Source: Candidatus Poribacteria bacterium
GTDB lineage: Bacteria > Poribacteria > WGA-4E > WGA-3G
Direction of reading: 5' to 3'
DNA length: 64,000 bases
Assembly: GCA_965198235.1 (NCBI GenBank)
Contig: OZ240248.1
Location: 1,792,001 to 1,856,000 of the forward strand
The notes under the pieces are model-generated. The model made no database searches, was not told the DNA's origin, and was given only the letters and a program-made list of their open reading frames with translations. Position numbers and translations under genes: made by a program. Each line of letters starts with the position of its first letter. Within the stretch, counting starts at the first letter, position 1. Positions 9,227-19,182 of this stretch are shown one piece after another.

Positions 9227-11923
9227 ATGCTCAGAAAAATCGCAGTATCAATTTTGGCTTTCGCGTTGCTCGGAATAGTAGGAGGGAATATGACAATGGC
9301 AGACACTGGAGAAATGGCGGGAGCAACGAACGCTTCGGAGGCTTGGCGCGCCTTACAACGCCTACAGACAACTGCTACCGTCTTACACACCGTCGCTCAT
9401 CCTGACGACGAAAACGGCGCGTTGTTGACGTGGCTCAGCCGTGCACGCGGTGTCAGAACGGGATTATACTCAACCACGCGTGGTGAGGGTGGTGCTAACC
9501 TTATCGGACCCGAATTATTTGACGCGCTGGGTATCGTACGAACCGAGGAGCATCTCGCTGCTGTGCGCTACTATAGTATCGACCTCTTTTTCAGCAGTGC
9601 TGTCGATTTCGGTTATTCCAAGCGACTCGACGAAACTCTGGAAAAATGGGACTATCAGATGCTTTTGGAGGATATGGTCCGCCTGATTCGTCAATATCGT
9701 CCCGATGTCGTCATCGCTCGATTTCAGGGTAATCGTCAAGACGGACACGGACACCATCAAGCATCCGGAGTCGTAACTTTAGAGGCATTCCGTGCCGCAG
9801 GCGATGTGAATCGGTTCCCAGAACACCTCGCAGCAGGACTACAGCCGTGGCAACCGAAGAAACTCTATATCGCGCGTTCCAGATGGCGACGCAGTAACAC
9901 CGAGACTCCCGATACACCCGTGCTAAAAATTGATACAGGTGAATACAATGCCTTGTTAGGACTCTCTTATGCTCAAATTGCACGCCAGGGGCTTAGTTTC
10001 CAACGTTCACAAGGTGCTGGTCAGACGCGCGCATCCAAGGGTTCCGCTGTTGCAGAGTTGCGATTAGTGGATACGACCCTTACCGAGCAGCGAAAACCCG
10101 AAGAGAGTCTCTTTGACGGGATTGACACGACAATTGCGGGGATGGCGAAGTTGGCAAATACATCTGCCTTAGACGCAGCGTTCATTCAACTTCAAGAAAG
10201 TGTCGATGCCGCAATACGCGATTATGATGCCCGCCACCCTTGGAGAGTCGTTCCGCATCTTGCAAGCGGGCTAAAAACGGCTCGCAGCTTAATCGAAAAC
10301 GTCCAGCGTATAGACCTTGATGACAACACTCGATCGCATCTTCTTTTCCTGCTTCGGAATAAAGAGCAGGAATTTATGACTGCCGCAAACGCTGCCCTCG
10401 GTTTGTCTTTAGAAGTGCTGGTTCAACCCACAGCGGAAACCCGTTCATCTGAAACCTTTGCCGTCGCAATTCCCGGGCAGAAGTTTTCAATTGGGATGCG
10501 AATGGTGAATCCCACTCCGATTGCAGCTGAACTCGTTAATGCCTCACTCCACACCCCCGAAGGCTGGAACGTGCATCCTATCCAGAAGGACTCGGATCAG
10601 GAAGGAATAATACCTATACAGACGAACGAACCAATCTCTATCGTGTTTGAGGTGCAGGTGGCACAGAACGCGGATTACACGCAGCCTTATTGGACTCGCG
10701 CGTCTGAGTACCACGATGCTGTCTATACACTGAAGCGTCCAGAATTTCGCTTCCTACCTTTCACATTACCTGAGGTCAATGGTGTTGTAACCTATCGTGT
10801 AGATGGGGTGGACTTTACGCTGACGCAGCCAGCACAAACAGTTTCAATTAATAGACCGTGGGGAGAAAGACGACGTTTGCTAACGGTTGCCCCTGCTATC
10901 AGTCTATCTGTTTCACCGCGTATTGGCGTTATTCCAATCTCTGAATCCAATGTCGCAAATGGGGAAGCGACATTTACTGCAACAGTGGAGATGCTAAATA
11001 ATGTAAAGGGTGAGGCAGAGGGGACCCTTTCGCTTAAGTTACCGGACGGATGGTATTCGTCACCTGAAAGCGCGCCTTTTGATTTTACGCACGAGGGTGC
11101 GAGCAAAACGTTTGCTTTTCAGGTAGCTGCCAAGAATGTCGAAGCCGACAAGGAGTACACAATTCAGGCAGTCGCTACATACGATGGCGAAGAATATACT
11201 ACTGGCTATCAGACGATTGATCATCCAGATCTTGAACCGCGCCACCTATATCACCCTGCCGTCATGACGCTTCGCAGTATTCCACTCAAAGTCCCATCGA
11301 ATTTGAGCGTCGGGTATATCATGGGGGTAGGCGACAGGGTACCCGAGGCTCTGCAACAGATCGGTATCAACGTGGAGATGCTTGATAGGGAGGAACTCCG
11401 CACCGGTGATCTGAATCGATTTGGGACAATCCTCGTTGGCATCCGAGCGTATGCCGTTCGGCGGGATCTCGTCTCCTATAACAGCAGACTCCTCGATTAC
11501 GTGCATAAGGGTGGCAACCTCATCATTCAATATCAGACCCCGGAATTTGATACGGCTCCTTTTGGTCCCTATCCTTATACGATGGGCAGACGACCAGAAG
11601 AAGTCTCCGAAGAGGATGCACAGGTAACTCTTTTGATGCCAGACAACCCCATCTTCCAGCATCCCAATCAAATTACAGAGGCTGATTTCGATGGATGGGT
11701 TGAGGAGCGCGGTTCTAAATTCCTTACTGAATGGGACGCAAACTATCAGGCACTCCTCACATGCAATGACCGCGGGCAGGAGCCGCAACACGGCGGATTC
11801 CTCTATGCGACGTACGGACAAGGTTCCTATACATACTCCGCTTACGCCTTTTATAGACAACTTCCGGCGGGTGTAGCGGGCGCGTACCGCCTTTTCGTCA
11901 ACATGCTAACCCTTGGTCAGTAA
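9227..11923 (+). CDS. Secreted PIG-L/LmbE family deacetylase with NEW3/Ig-like and C-terminal glutamine-amidotransferase-like domains
   Basis: 'AHPDDE', 'TRGEGGAN', 'DFGYSK', 'HGHHQASG'; signal peptide from ATG 9227. Confidence 0.88.
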   Translation: MLRKIAVSILAFALLGIVGGNMTMADTGEMAGATNASEAWRALQRLQTTATVLHTVAHPDDENGALLTWLSRARGVRTGLYSTTRGEGGANLIGPELFDALGIVRTEEHLAAVRYYSIDLFFSSAVDFGYSKRLDETLEKWDYQMLLEDMVRLIRQYRPDVVIARFQGNRQDGHGHHQASGVVTLEAFRAAGDVNRFPEHLAAGLQPWQPKKLYIARSRWRRSNTETPDTPVLKIDTGEYNALLGLSYAQIARQGLSFQRSQGAGQTRASKGSAVAELRLVDTTLTEQRKPEESLFDGIDTTIAGMAKLANTSALDAAFIQLQESVDAAIRDYDARHPWRVVPHLASGLKTARSLIENVQRIDLDDNTRSHLLFLLRNKEQEFMTAANAALGLSLEVLVQPTAETRSSETFAVAIPGQKFSIGMRMVNPTPIAAELVNASLHTPEGWNVHPIQKDSDQEGIIPIQTNEPISIVFEVQVAQNADYTQPYWTRASEYHDAVYTLKRPEFRFLPFTLPEVNGVVTYRVDGVDFTLTQPAQTVSINRPWGERRRLLTVAPAISLSVSPRIGVIPISESNVANGEATFTATVEMLNNVKGEAEGTLSLKLPDGWYSSPESAPFDFTHEGASKTFAFQVAAKNVEADKEYTIQAVATYDGEEYTTGYQTIDHPDLEPRHLYHPAVMTLRSIPLKVPSNLSVGYIMGVGDRVPEALQQIGINVEMLDREELRTGDLNRFGTILVGIRAYAVRRDLVSYNSRLLDYVHKGGNLIIQYQTPEFDTAPFGPYPYTMGRRPEEVSEEDAQVTLLMPDNPIFQHPNQITEADFDGWVEERGSKFLTEWDANYQALLTCNDRGQEPQHGGFLYATYGQGSYTYSAYAFYRQLPAGVAGAYRLFVNMLTLGQ

Positions 11924-11932
11924 TCTCTGACG

Positions 11933-13033
11933 CTAAGCATTTTCCCAGGGTGCTACATCGCCAACAGGCGGTGGTGCTGGGAAACGGCTCATAACATCGA
12001 TAGGTCTCCCTGCATCAGACGATTCGATGATCCGCTCACACACCTCTAATGCATGCCGTGCTTGCGCACCGTTACAGCGCGGGTTCCGGTCAGATCTGAT
12101 TGCGTCCGCGAAATCCGCGACTCCTTTGCCCCAATCTAATCCGGTAAAGGCTTTCGGCGGAGAGGGTTCATCTTGCCACCGGTCCTGCGGAGTGAACTTT
12201 TGGATACCACGTCCATCGTCGTGTGCTTGAAGCGAGAACCCACCTGCCGTGCCGTGGATTTCGTAGGGTGGAATCCCAGAAGAGACAGTAAAACTGTGAT
12301 AAATGAGTCCATGTGCTCCATTGTCGAATTCGAGTACAGCAAACCCGTGATCCTTCTCATGAACCTCAAATTCAGTCCCTTTCCGTGGACCCTGATGCAG
12401 CATCCGTTTTGGGACAGCAACTCGTGCAAAGCCATGCACCGTTTTGACCGGGGCGATCATCGTTGTCATCGCCGTTAGTGGGTAAGGTGCGACATCTCGG
12501 AAGGGACCGGCATGCATGATGAAAGCGTCTGCGTTCGGGTGCCAGTGTTCCAACGGACCGCCGAAGTTGCCGATCGCGGAAATCACATCACCGATCTCAC
12601 CCTCACGAATCCGTTGCCAAACGTTCTGTTGAACGTAGCCGAGAATTGCCGATGGCGCGCATGCCAGTTTTAACCCCATTGCTTCCGCCGTCTCTACCAG
12701 TTCGTTTGCCTCGTCGGTTCGGATAGAAATCGGTTTTTCAGAGTAGACATGTTTTCCTGCTTTGAGTGCTGCTAATGAAACCGGATAATGGGAGATGTGA
12801 ATGGTCAAATTCACAATCGCTTCTACGTTCGGATCGTTCAGAACTTCGTCAAGCGATTTGTAGACGTGTCCCCCGTTTCGTTCTGCCAATGCTGAGGCGC
12901 GTTCCTCATCTTGGTCATGGTAGCCAACCAGTTCAATACAATGAGGGTAAGCTTGGCAACGCGGCTGGTAGCCACCCGCGGCTATCATACCACATCCAAC
13001 AATCACCGTACGGAGTGGAGTCGTATTAGACAT
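11933..13033 (-). CDS. Gfo/Idh/MocA family oxidoreductase
   Basis: 'IVGCGMIA' Rossmann motif, 'AGKHVYSEKP'. Confidence 0.9.
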   Translation of the reverse strand: MSNTTPLRTVIVGCGMIAAGGYQPRCQAYPHCIELVGYHDQDEERASALAERNGGHVYKSLDEVLNDPNVEAIVNLTIHISHYPVSLAALKAGKHVYSEKPISIRTDEANELVETAEAMGLKLACAPSAILGYVQQNVWQRIREGEIGDVISAIGNFGGPLEHWHPNADAFIMHAGPFRDVAPYPLTAMTTMIAPVKTVHGFARVAVPKRMLHQGPRKGTEFEVHEKDHGFAVLEFDNGAHGLIYHSFTVSSGIPPYEIHGTAGGFSLQAHDDGRGIQKFTPQDRWQDEPSPPKAFTGLDWGKGVADFADAIRSDRNPRCNGAQARHALEVCERIIESSDAGRPIDVMSRFPAPPPVGDVAPWENA

Positions 13034-13055
13034 TCAATCTGCTCCTTCTTATGTA

Positions 13056-13757
13056 TTATAGCGACTCTAATTTTTTCATAATGTAGGACTTAACTTCTTC
13101 ATCTCCTGCTTTCTCTGCCAAATCTAATGCTGTCTGATAATCTCGCTTGGCATCATCAGCAAGACCTAATTCTCCTTTGGCATTACCGCGGTTGGTATAG
13201 GGCTTCGCATCGTTTGGGTTTAGCCGGATAGCCTCATCAAAGTCAGGGATAGCGGCTTCAGGATGCCCTAATTTAGCTTTGGTAATACCCCGATTGTTAT
13301 AGGCATTCACATTGTTTGGGTTTAGCCGGATAGCCTCATCATAATCTGAAAGAGCCTCAAAGTATTGTCCAATCTCGTCTTTCACAATACCTCGATTGTT
13401 GTAAGCCTCTGCATCGTTTGGGTTTAGCCGGATAGCCTCATAATAGTCAGGGATAGCGGCTTCAGGATGCCCTAATTTAGCTTTTGTAGTGCCCCGATTG
13501 TAGTAGGCATCCGCATCATCAGGATTTAGGCGAATAAACGTATCATAATCTGAAAGAGCTTCAAAGTATTGTCCGATCTTGTCTTTCGCATTACCTCGCT
13601 TAAAATAGGCAGCAGCAAGGTTAGGGTTTAGGGTAATCGTTTTATCATACACCGAAATGGCGGATTCATAATCTCCTTGATTATACAAGGCATTACCCTT
13701 ATCAAGGTAGTTTTGGGCAGATTTGACATTGCTATTTGCGTTGTTAATGTTTTCCAT
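13056..13757 (-). CDS. Tetratricopeptide repeat protein with an internal 204-nt duplication
   Basis: Repeated 'AYNNRG..K..LG..EAAI.DYDEAIRLNPN'. Confidence 0.9.
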   Translation of the reverse strand: MENINNANSNVKSAQNYLDKGNALYNQGDYESAISVYDKTITLNPNLAAAYFKRGNAKDKIGQYFEALSDYDTFIRLNPDDADAYYNRGTTKAKLGHPEAAIPDYYEAIRLNPNDAEAYNNRGIVKDEIGQYFEALSDYDEAIRLNPNNVNAYNNRGITKAKLGHPEAAIPDFDEAIRLNPNDAKPYTNRGNAKGELGLADDAKRDYQTALDLAEKAGDEEVKSYIMKKLESL

Positions 13758-14368
13758 TAAACTTTCTCTTTTGTGGCAGGCGAGTAGGATTTTAGGTATT
13801 CTGTCAACTCTTTTTCCCCATCAGGCAACTTTGACGACAAGGTTGGGGTGGGAGCGGGTTCGCGCTGTCTCACCTGTGTGAGGTTAGTGGAAGCAGGTTC
13901 GCTCTCATTATCCTGTGAAGTCTGGACAGGAGTTGCTTCGCTCTGGCTCACTTGTGCGGGATTTGTAGGAGTTGTTTCGCTTTGACCGACTTGGATAGAA
14001 GTAGTCTTGTTTTCACTGTTTTGTTTTATCCTATCGTAAACAGACAACAATAAAGGTCCAAAAATCCCCGCCAGAATTACATATTGCCAGTTAGATATCC
14101 CTTTTGTTCTTTCGTCAATTCTTGCGACCGTTGTTTTCAATTCTCCTACAGTTGTGTTCAGGGTCCCCACAGTTGTGTCCAGATTTTCGATCGTTTTAGT
14201 CAAGTCTTCCACCGTTTTAGTCAAATTTTCCACGTTTTCGTTCAGTTTCGCCACATCTATCTCTTTCGTAACCGTTATAATGTGTGAATCTGACGATTCT
14301 TGCCCAAAGGCAGCAGCAACGAAGATAACACAAAGGATCCCGAGTAGGATAGCCCGCCCATTTAGCAT
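13757..14368 (-). CDS. Hypothetical membrane protein: signal peptide, Thr-rich coiled coil, TM helix, Q/S/T/P low-complexity tail
   Basis: Heptads 'LTKTVEDLTKTIENLDTTVGTLNTTVGELKTTV'; TM 'WQYVILAGIFGPLLLSVY'; GGAGA RBS before ATG 14368. Confidence 0.7.
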   Translation of the reverse strand: MLNGRAILLGILCVIFVAAAFGQESSDSHIITVTKEIDVAKLNENVENLTKTVEDLTKTIENLDTTVGTLNTTVGELKTTVARIDERTKGISNWQYVILAGIFGPLLLSVYDRIKQNSENKTTSIQVGQSETTPTNPAQVSQSEATPVQTSQDNESEPASTNLTQVRQREPAPTPTLSSKLPDGEKELTEYLKSYSPATKEKV

Positions 14369-14619
14369 TGTAAATCTCCATGACTTCAATTTTACTACAT
14401 GAAAGTAACGTATATATCGCATTTTGGTTAATAGATTAAAATATTTTAGCATATTGTTCAAGAAAAAAGTAAAAAAATCAGCGGCATACAGTTATCGGTA
14501 AGCGAGGTATAAAACCTTGTCAGTAAGATAAAACGGGATAATCCTACAGTGAAGAGACCTCGAATAGAAGATCAAAACTACGGGAAAATTAAACGCCTTA
14601 TTACAAACCTAATTTTCTC

Positions 14620-14649
14620 TTGACGCAAAAGGTGGATACGGTGTAATAT
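14620..14649 (+). promoter_or_regulatory. Putative sigma70 promoter for the 14690-19182 operon
   Basis: TTGACG-N18-TAATAT. Confidence 0.5.
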
Positions 14650-14689
14650 ATACGGTGTGGCTTGCATACCAATATAACAAAATCTTGAG

Positions 14690-15094
14690 GTGATAAACGT
14701 GTTAAGATATAGTCAACTCGCGTCTATCGCTTTTCTTTTCTGCTTGGTTCTGTCCGGATGTGCTGGGTTGGGTGATGTTACGCGGACTGAGGCTTACAAT
14801 CGATTCGCAATCAGGGCAGCGCAAGCGCAGCTCTGGAATGAAGCCGTCTTCCGGTGGAAGCAGGTTATCAGTATCGATCCAGAGGACTCTAAAGCACATA
14901 ATAACCTCGGCGTTGCTTACGAGGCACTCGGAAACATGGAGGAGGCTATTGCCTCTTACCAGCGCGCGGCGGAATTAGAACCAAATAATAAATACTACAG
15001 ACTCAACTATCGGCGGTGCCGTATACACCTTCGGCGAAGTGGAGGGGACGATGAAGATGCACCGCAGTTAGAAGATCCACCACTTATGGAGTAG
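14690..15094 (+). CDS. TPR lipoprotein
   Basis: Lipobox 'LSGC'; TPR 'AHNNLGVAYEALG..EEAIASYQRAAELEP'. Confidence 0.85.
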   Translation: MINVLRYSQLASIAFLFCLVLSGCAGLGDVTRTEAYNRFAIRAAQAQLWNEAVFRWKQVISIDPEDSKAHNNLGVAYEALGNMEEAIASYQRAAELEPNNKYYRLNYRRCRIHLRRSGGDDEDAPQLEDPPLME

Positions 15095-15182
15095 CGGTCA
15101 GCAGTCGGTTTCCGTCAGCAAAGAGTTTCTTGCTGATGGCTGAAAGGGTTGCGTAGCAACCCGTGCTGATGGCTGATGACTA
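15093..15182. repeat. Family A intergenic element with a nested GTA-triloop hairpin
   Basis: gcggtcagcagtcgg...tcagcaaagagtttcttgctgatggctgaaa-GGGTTGC-GTA-GCAACCC-gtgctga. Confidence 0.75.
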
Positions 15183-15184
15183 AT

Positions 15185-15901
15185 ATGCAGATAGTGAAAA
15201 GAATGGGAATCCTACTGATAGCCTTAACGCTTTGCGGATGTGGCAGTGCTGTAACGCGCGTCTCTATTCCGGTGAAGGTTCAATCTGAAATCGACATCAC
15301 TCGCTATTCCAACTTCGCCGTTTTACCGTTTGTAAGTGAAAAACAGATAGAACGAAACGAAAAATTACCCCCAGAGATCGGCGAAGAGATCGCTTCAATA
15401 CTTCGGAGGGGTTTAGCACGCCAAAAGCATTTCGAGGTCGTCAGCACGCAGGAAACGGCGAGACTGCTCATTGGGGAAACCATCGGAGAAGATTGGCTTA
15501 CTGATACAAAACACTTGAGTCAGCTCGGTGAGTACTTTGAAGTAAAAGCAGTTATCATCGGAAGTTTTCGATTTTATTCCGATAGCCGCCCAAGACGTTA
15601 TTATGGGGAACGTTACTCCGTACGACGGCAACGCTACGTCTTGGATTATCAGGACTACATGCAGAAAACCTATCTGCTCTCACTCCGTGTAATGATCGTT
15701 GATGTTGAAACCGGACAGGTCGTCTGGGATGAGCCTTATCGGAGGAGCACTGCTGAGGCGCATACCATCGGATCGTTCATTTTTTCACAGGTTGGACCGC
15801 AAGCGAATACTATCAGGGAACTGGGTAGACGTGCCGTGTCAGAATTTACACGCCAAATCTCTCCACATTATGAGAACGAAGATAGATATTTAGTAAATTA
15901 G
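15185..15901 (+). CDS. Lipoprotein of CsgG/TolB-N/GNA1162-like fold
   Basis: Lipobox 'LCGC'; 'FAVLPF', 'VKAVIIGS', 'VMIVDVETGQVVW'. Confidence 0.7.
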   Translation: MQIVKRMGILLIALTLCGCGSAVTRVSIPVKVQSEIDITRYSNFAVLPFVSEKQIERNEKLPPEIGEEIASILRRGLARQKHFEVVSTQETARLLIGETIGEDWLTDTKHLSQLGEYFEVKAVIIGSFRFYSDSRPRRYYGERYSVRRQRYVLDYQDYMQKTYLLSLRVMIVDVETGQVVWDEPYRRSTAEAHTIGSFIFSQVGPQANTIRELGRRAVSEFTRQISPHYENEDRYLVN

Positions 15902-16016
15902 CAATCAGCGGTCAGGAAGAGACTGGAATGGAAAAGTGGAAGGATAGAAGAGTAGGTCCCACTCTTCCATCATTCCATTCAAGCACCGCCAGCCGACGGC
16001 TGATGGCTGAAAGCCA
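15899..16016. repeat. Family A element enclosing a GGAA/TTCC periodic palindrome
   Basis: gcaatcagcggtcag ... ggaatggaaaagtggaagg...cttccatcattccattc ... ccgacggctgatggctga. Confidence 0.65.
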
Positions 16017-16131
16017 TTAAAAGGTGAATAGTGTGAAGGAAGGTAAAAACAGAACCTTATTTGCAAAAGGTACGTGTAGAAACCGCGCCCGCGATGTGAT
16101 AGGGCAGTGGTTGGGTAGACATGTCCTGTTG

Positions 16132-19100
16132 ATGCTTGTCATCCTGACCTTGTTAGCACCTTGTATTGCGTGGTCGCAAAGTTTTGGGAAAAACAAGATT
16201 ACCGGACAACGCTTCGATTGGCACATTCACCGGACAGAGCATTTTGATATCCACTACTATCCAAGTGAAGCGAAACTCGTGCCTATTATGGCTGCTATTG
16301 CTGAGGAAGCTTACGAGAAGCACAGCGAAGATTTTGAGCATGAACTGCAAGACAGGACACCGCTCATCCTTTACAAATCCCACAAGGATTTTCAGGAAAC
16401 CAACATAATTCTCCAAGAACTTCACGAAGGCATTGGAGGTTTCGCGGAACTCTTTAAGCACCGTATCGTTATACCGTTTACCGGGTCCCTGGAAGCGTTT
16501 CGAGAGGTAATTTTTCACGAACTCATTCATATTTTCCAATACGATATTATCTATCAGAAACCGCATGCCCGCATTTATAGCGGTGAGTTCTTGTATTCCC
16601 CGCCAATCTGGTTTATAGAGGGAATGGCGGACTATTTTGCAGAAGACAATGATGCGATTGGAGAAATGGTAGTCCGAGATGCCAGCATAACTAACAATGT
16701 TGTGCCCCTACCGCAACTTCACAATTTCAACCGACTCAGCTCACCCTTCGTTGGGTATAAGTTAGGGCAATTAGCGGTGGCGTATCTCACAGAAACTTAT
16801 GGACGAGAGAAAATCGCTGAGATTTTGCAGGGGTTACGACAAAGCCGCACAAAGGACATTGACCGTGTTTTCAAAGAAGTGCTTGGGGTAGAACTCAAAG
16901 AATTTGATAAGGCATGGCGACAGACAGTCCGAAGACGCTACTGGCCCCTCATTGAGGACAGGGAATTGCCGGATCTGGTTGCAAAGAACCTTACCGAGGA
17001 ATCTCGATACTCGCATAACATTAAACCTGTCTGGTCTCCAAGCGGCGATATTATCGCTTACGTCACAGGAAATGAGGGGTTTCTGGAAATCGTCCTCATG
17101 TCCGCAAAAACGGGTGAACGCATCGAGCGGGTCACCAAGCGGTTTTTCCGTGAGAAATACGAGGAGATCCGGACCGATTTCGGTGGATTTGGTAGAAGCC
17201 TGACGTGGGCACCCGATGGTGACAGGATAGCATTCATCGCTAAACATCACGATGCGAATTATCTCCTTGAAGTCAATATTTTGACTGCGGAACTAACGCA
17301 GTACTTCGAGTTGGATTTTGATAACGTCACTTCACCGGACTACGATGGCAGCGGTGAACGGATAGTCTTTTCTGCGCTAAGAGAAGGGCAGACAGATCTC
17401 TATGTAATCGAATTGCTGACGGGTGAAGTGGACAGGTTCACCTTCGATCCATTTAACGATACGCATCCATCATGGCATCCCATAACTGGCGAAATCCTCT
17501 ACACCTCCGAGCGAGGAGCCAAAAATAGACTGGTACTGATAAACCTCAACCAAGGCACGGAACGCTTGCTGACCGATGGCACCTATAACGCTATCAGTCC
17601 AAGCTGGACACCAGATGGAAAATCAATCCTCTTCTGTTCGGATCGGCAGGGCATCTACGATATACACAAGCTTGAAATCGTGGAGAAGGACAGCCATCAG
17701 CGGAGTAGCGATCAGCCATCAGCCATCAGCAGTCAGCAGAATAGCAGTCAGCAGTCAGCAATCAGCCATCGGCAAGAGGGTGTCACTTCACCAGAAAACC
17801 TCTTAACCGATAGCCAACACGCCGACAGCCGCGCCAACGAAAAAGTCGTCTCGACTGGAAGTGGTAGCACGGAACCTGTGGGTTCTCGATCTGTAGAGGT
17901 TGAGTTGACGCGCCTTACCAATATGATGACAGGTTGTTTCAATCCGAGCTTGGCTCCGGACGGCAAACACCTGCTGTTTAGTGCCTACCAGAATGGAAAA
18001 TACGATGTCTGTATCATGGAGACTGCCAAAACGATTGAGGAAAAAATTGAGGTTTCAAGCGTGGCAGAACCCTTTGTAATTTTAACGGAGGAAGAACAAG
18101 AAAATTATAGGGTCGCCAAGCGAAAATACAGCACAAAATCCTCTTTTGCTTTAGATGCTATCTTCCCGGATTTTAGTTTCGGCGCGGATGGTATCCTGAG
18201 AAGTACGGTGCAAATCGTCGGCAGTGACATGTTAGGTAACCATCGTATCGGGGTTAGCGTGATGAACCAATCCAGCTACCTTACACCGGATTTTATCGCA
18301 CAATACGGTTTTTTGACACACCGAACTGATATTGGGGCAATGATTTACAACTATCATGAATACCATATTTTGGGTGGTATACAGAGAAGGCGGGGCATTC
18401 TACAACGGATTACCGGGCTTGGCGCGTATGTCAATTACCCATTTGACAGATACCATCGACTTGACTTTGAGTTCTCAATGTACTCGAAGCCGTTTTCCTT
18501 TAACTTCCAAACGCGCCAGCCTTTGGATCCATACGACGATAGAGGCTTGCTCACGATGGGTTCCATTGCGTTTGTTGGGGATACAACGATGTGGCGGGAG
18601 TGGGCACCTTATACAGGTTCGCGGTACCGCGTTGAACTTGAGCAATCCTTCCCGGCACTTGGTAGTGAATTGTCGCTAACAAATGTTATTTTTGATGCGC
18701 GACGCTATTTTGGTTTTGGCAGACGCTCTACCCTCGCAGCACGATTATTGCTCGGCGGTAGTTTCGGTGGTGATAGATCCTATTTTTATCTCGGTGGGAT
18801 TGATACACTACGCGGCTATAATTATGAAGAGTTGGTCGGGACACGCATCGGACTTCTCAACTTCGAGCTCCGTATTCCCTTCATAGATGTGCTTCACTTC
18901 GGGTGGCCCATCCAGTGGACGATCGGTGGGATACGCGGAATTGCCTTCGCAGATTTAGGAGGTGCCTGGTCGGATTGGCAATATGGACCGAAGAATCCTT
19001 TCAGGATATTTGTTCGCGATAAAAACCGTATTCGCCTTGACGATGTCAAGGCTGCAATCGGTGCTGGACTTCGTTTGCGACTCGGTGTGTTTTCTGTGGA

Positions 19101-19182
19101 CTTCGCCGCAGCGTGGCATACGGATCTGACGAGCGTGGAACCCGGTATGAAATACCATCTCGGACTCGGACAAGCTTTCTAA
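16132..19182 (+). CDS. Omp85/BamA-TamA family outer-membrane protein with N-terminal HExxH metallopeptidase (MA clan) and TolB-like PD40 propeller
   Basis: 'HELIH', 'WFIEGMADY'; PD40 'PVWSPSG', 'PSWTPDGK', 'PSLAPDGK'; 'LRGY' and terminal 'LGQAF' of Omp85 barrels; start uncertain (ORF track 16024). Confidence 0.85.
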   Translation: MLVILTLLAPCIAWSQSFGKNKITGQRFDWHIHRTEHFDIHYYPSEAKLVPIMAAIAEEAYEKHSEDFEHELQDRTPLILYKSHKDFQETNIILQELHEGIGGFAELFKHRIVIPFTGSLEAFREVIFHELIHIFQYDIIYQKPHARIYSGEFLYSPPIWFIEGMADYFAEDNDAIGEMVVRDASITNNVVPLPQLHNFNRLSSPFVGYKLGQLAVAYLTETYGREKIAEILQGLRQSRTKDIDRVFKEVLGVELKEFDKAWRQTVRRRYWPLIEDRELPDLVAKNLTEESRYSHNIKPVWSPSGDIIAYVTGNEGFLEIVLMSAKTGERIERVTKRFFREKYEEIRTDFGGFGRSLTWAPDGDRIAFIAKHHDANYLLEVNILTAELTQYFELDFDNVTSPDYDGSGERIVFSALREGQTDLYVIELLTGEVDRFTFDPFNDTHPSWHPITGEILYTSERGAKNRLVLINLNQGTERLLTDGTYNAISPSWTPDGKSILFCSDRQGIYDIHKLEIVEKDSHQRSSDQPSAISSQQNSSQQSAISHRQEGVTSPENLLTDSQHADSRANEKVVSTGSGSTEPVGSRSVEVELTRLTNMMTGCFNPSLAPDGKHLLFSAYQNGKYDVCIMETAKTIEEKIEVSSVAEPFVILTEEEQENYRVAKRKYSTKSSFALDAIFPDFSFGADGILRSTVQIVGSDMLGNHRIGVSVMNQSSYLTPDFIAQYGFLTHRTDIGAMIYNYHEYHILGGIQRRRGILQRITGLGAYVNYPFDRYHRLDFEFSMYSKPFSFNFQTRQPLDPYDDRGLLTMGSIAFVGDTTMWREWAPYTGSRYRVELEQSFPALGSELSLTNVIFDARRYFGFGRRSTLAARLLLGGSFGGDRSYFYLGGIDTLRGYNYEELVGTRIGLLNFELRIPFIDVLHFGWPIQWTIGGIRGIAFADLGGAWSDWQYGPKNPFRIFVRDKNRIRLDDVKAAIGAGLRLRLGVFSVDFAAAWHTDLTSVEPGMKYHLGLGQAF
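17691..17832. repeat. Family A element inserted in frame inside the Omp85/peptidase gene
   Basis: cagccatcagcagtcagcag...caagagggt....ttcaccagaaaacctctt...ccgatagcc...ccgacagcc matches the intergenic copy 22758-22866. Confidence 0.85.

Noticed and set aside
11246-11860. Long antisense/alternate-frame ORFs (e.g. 11246..11860, 20754..21383, 55697..56272, 29136..29708)
   Set aside because: They overlap well-supported genes and lack motifs; shadow ORFs
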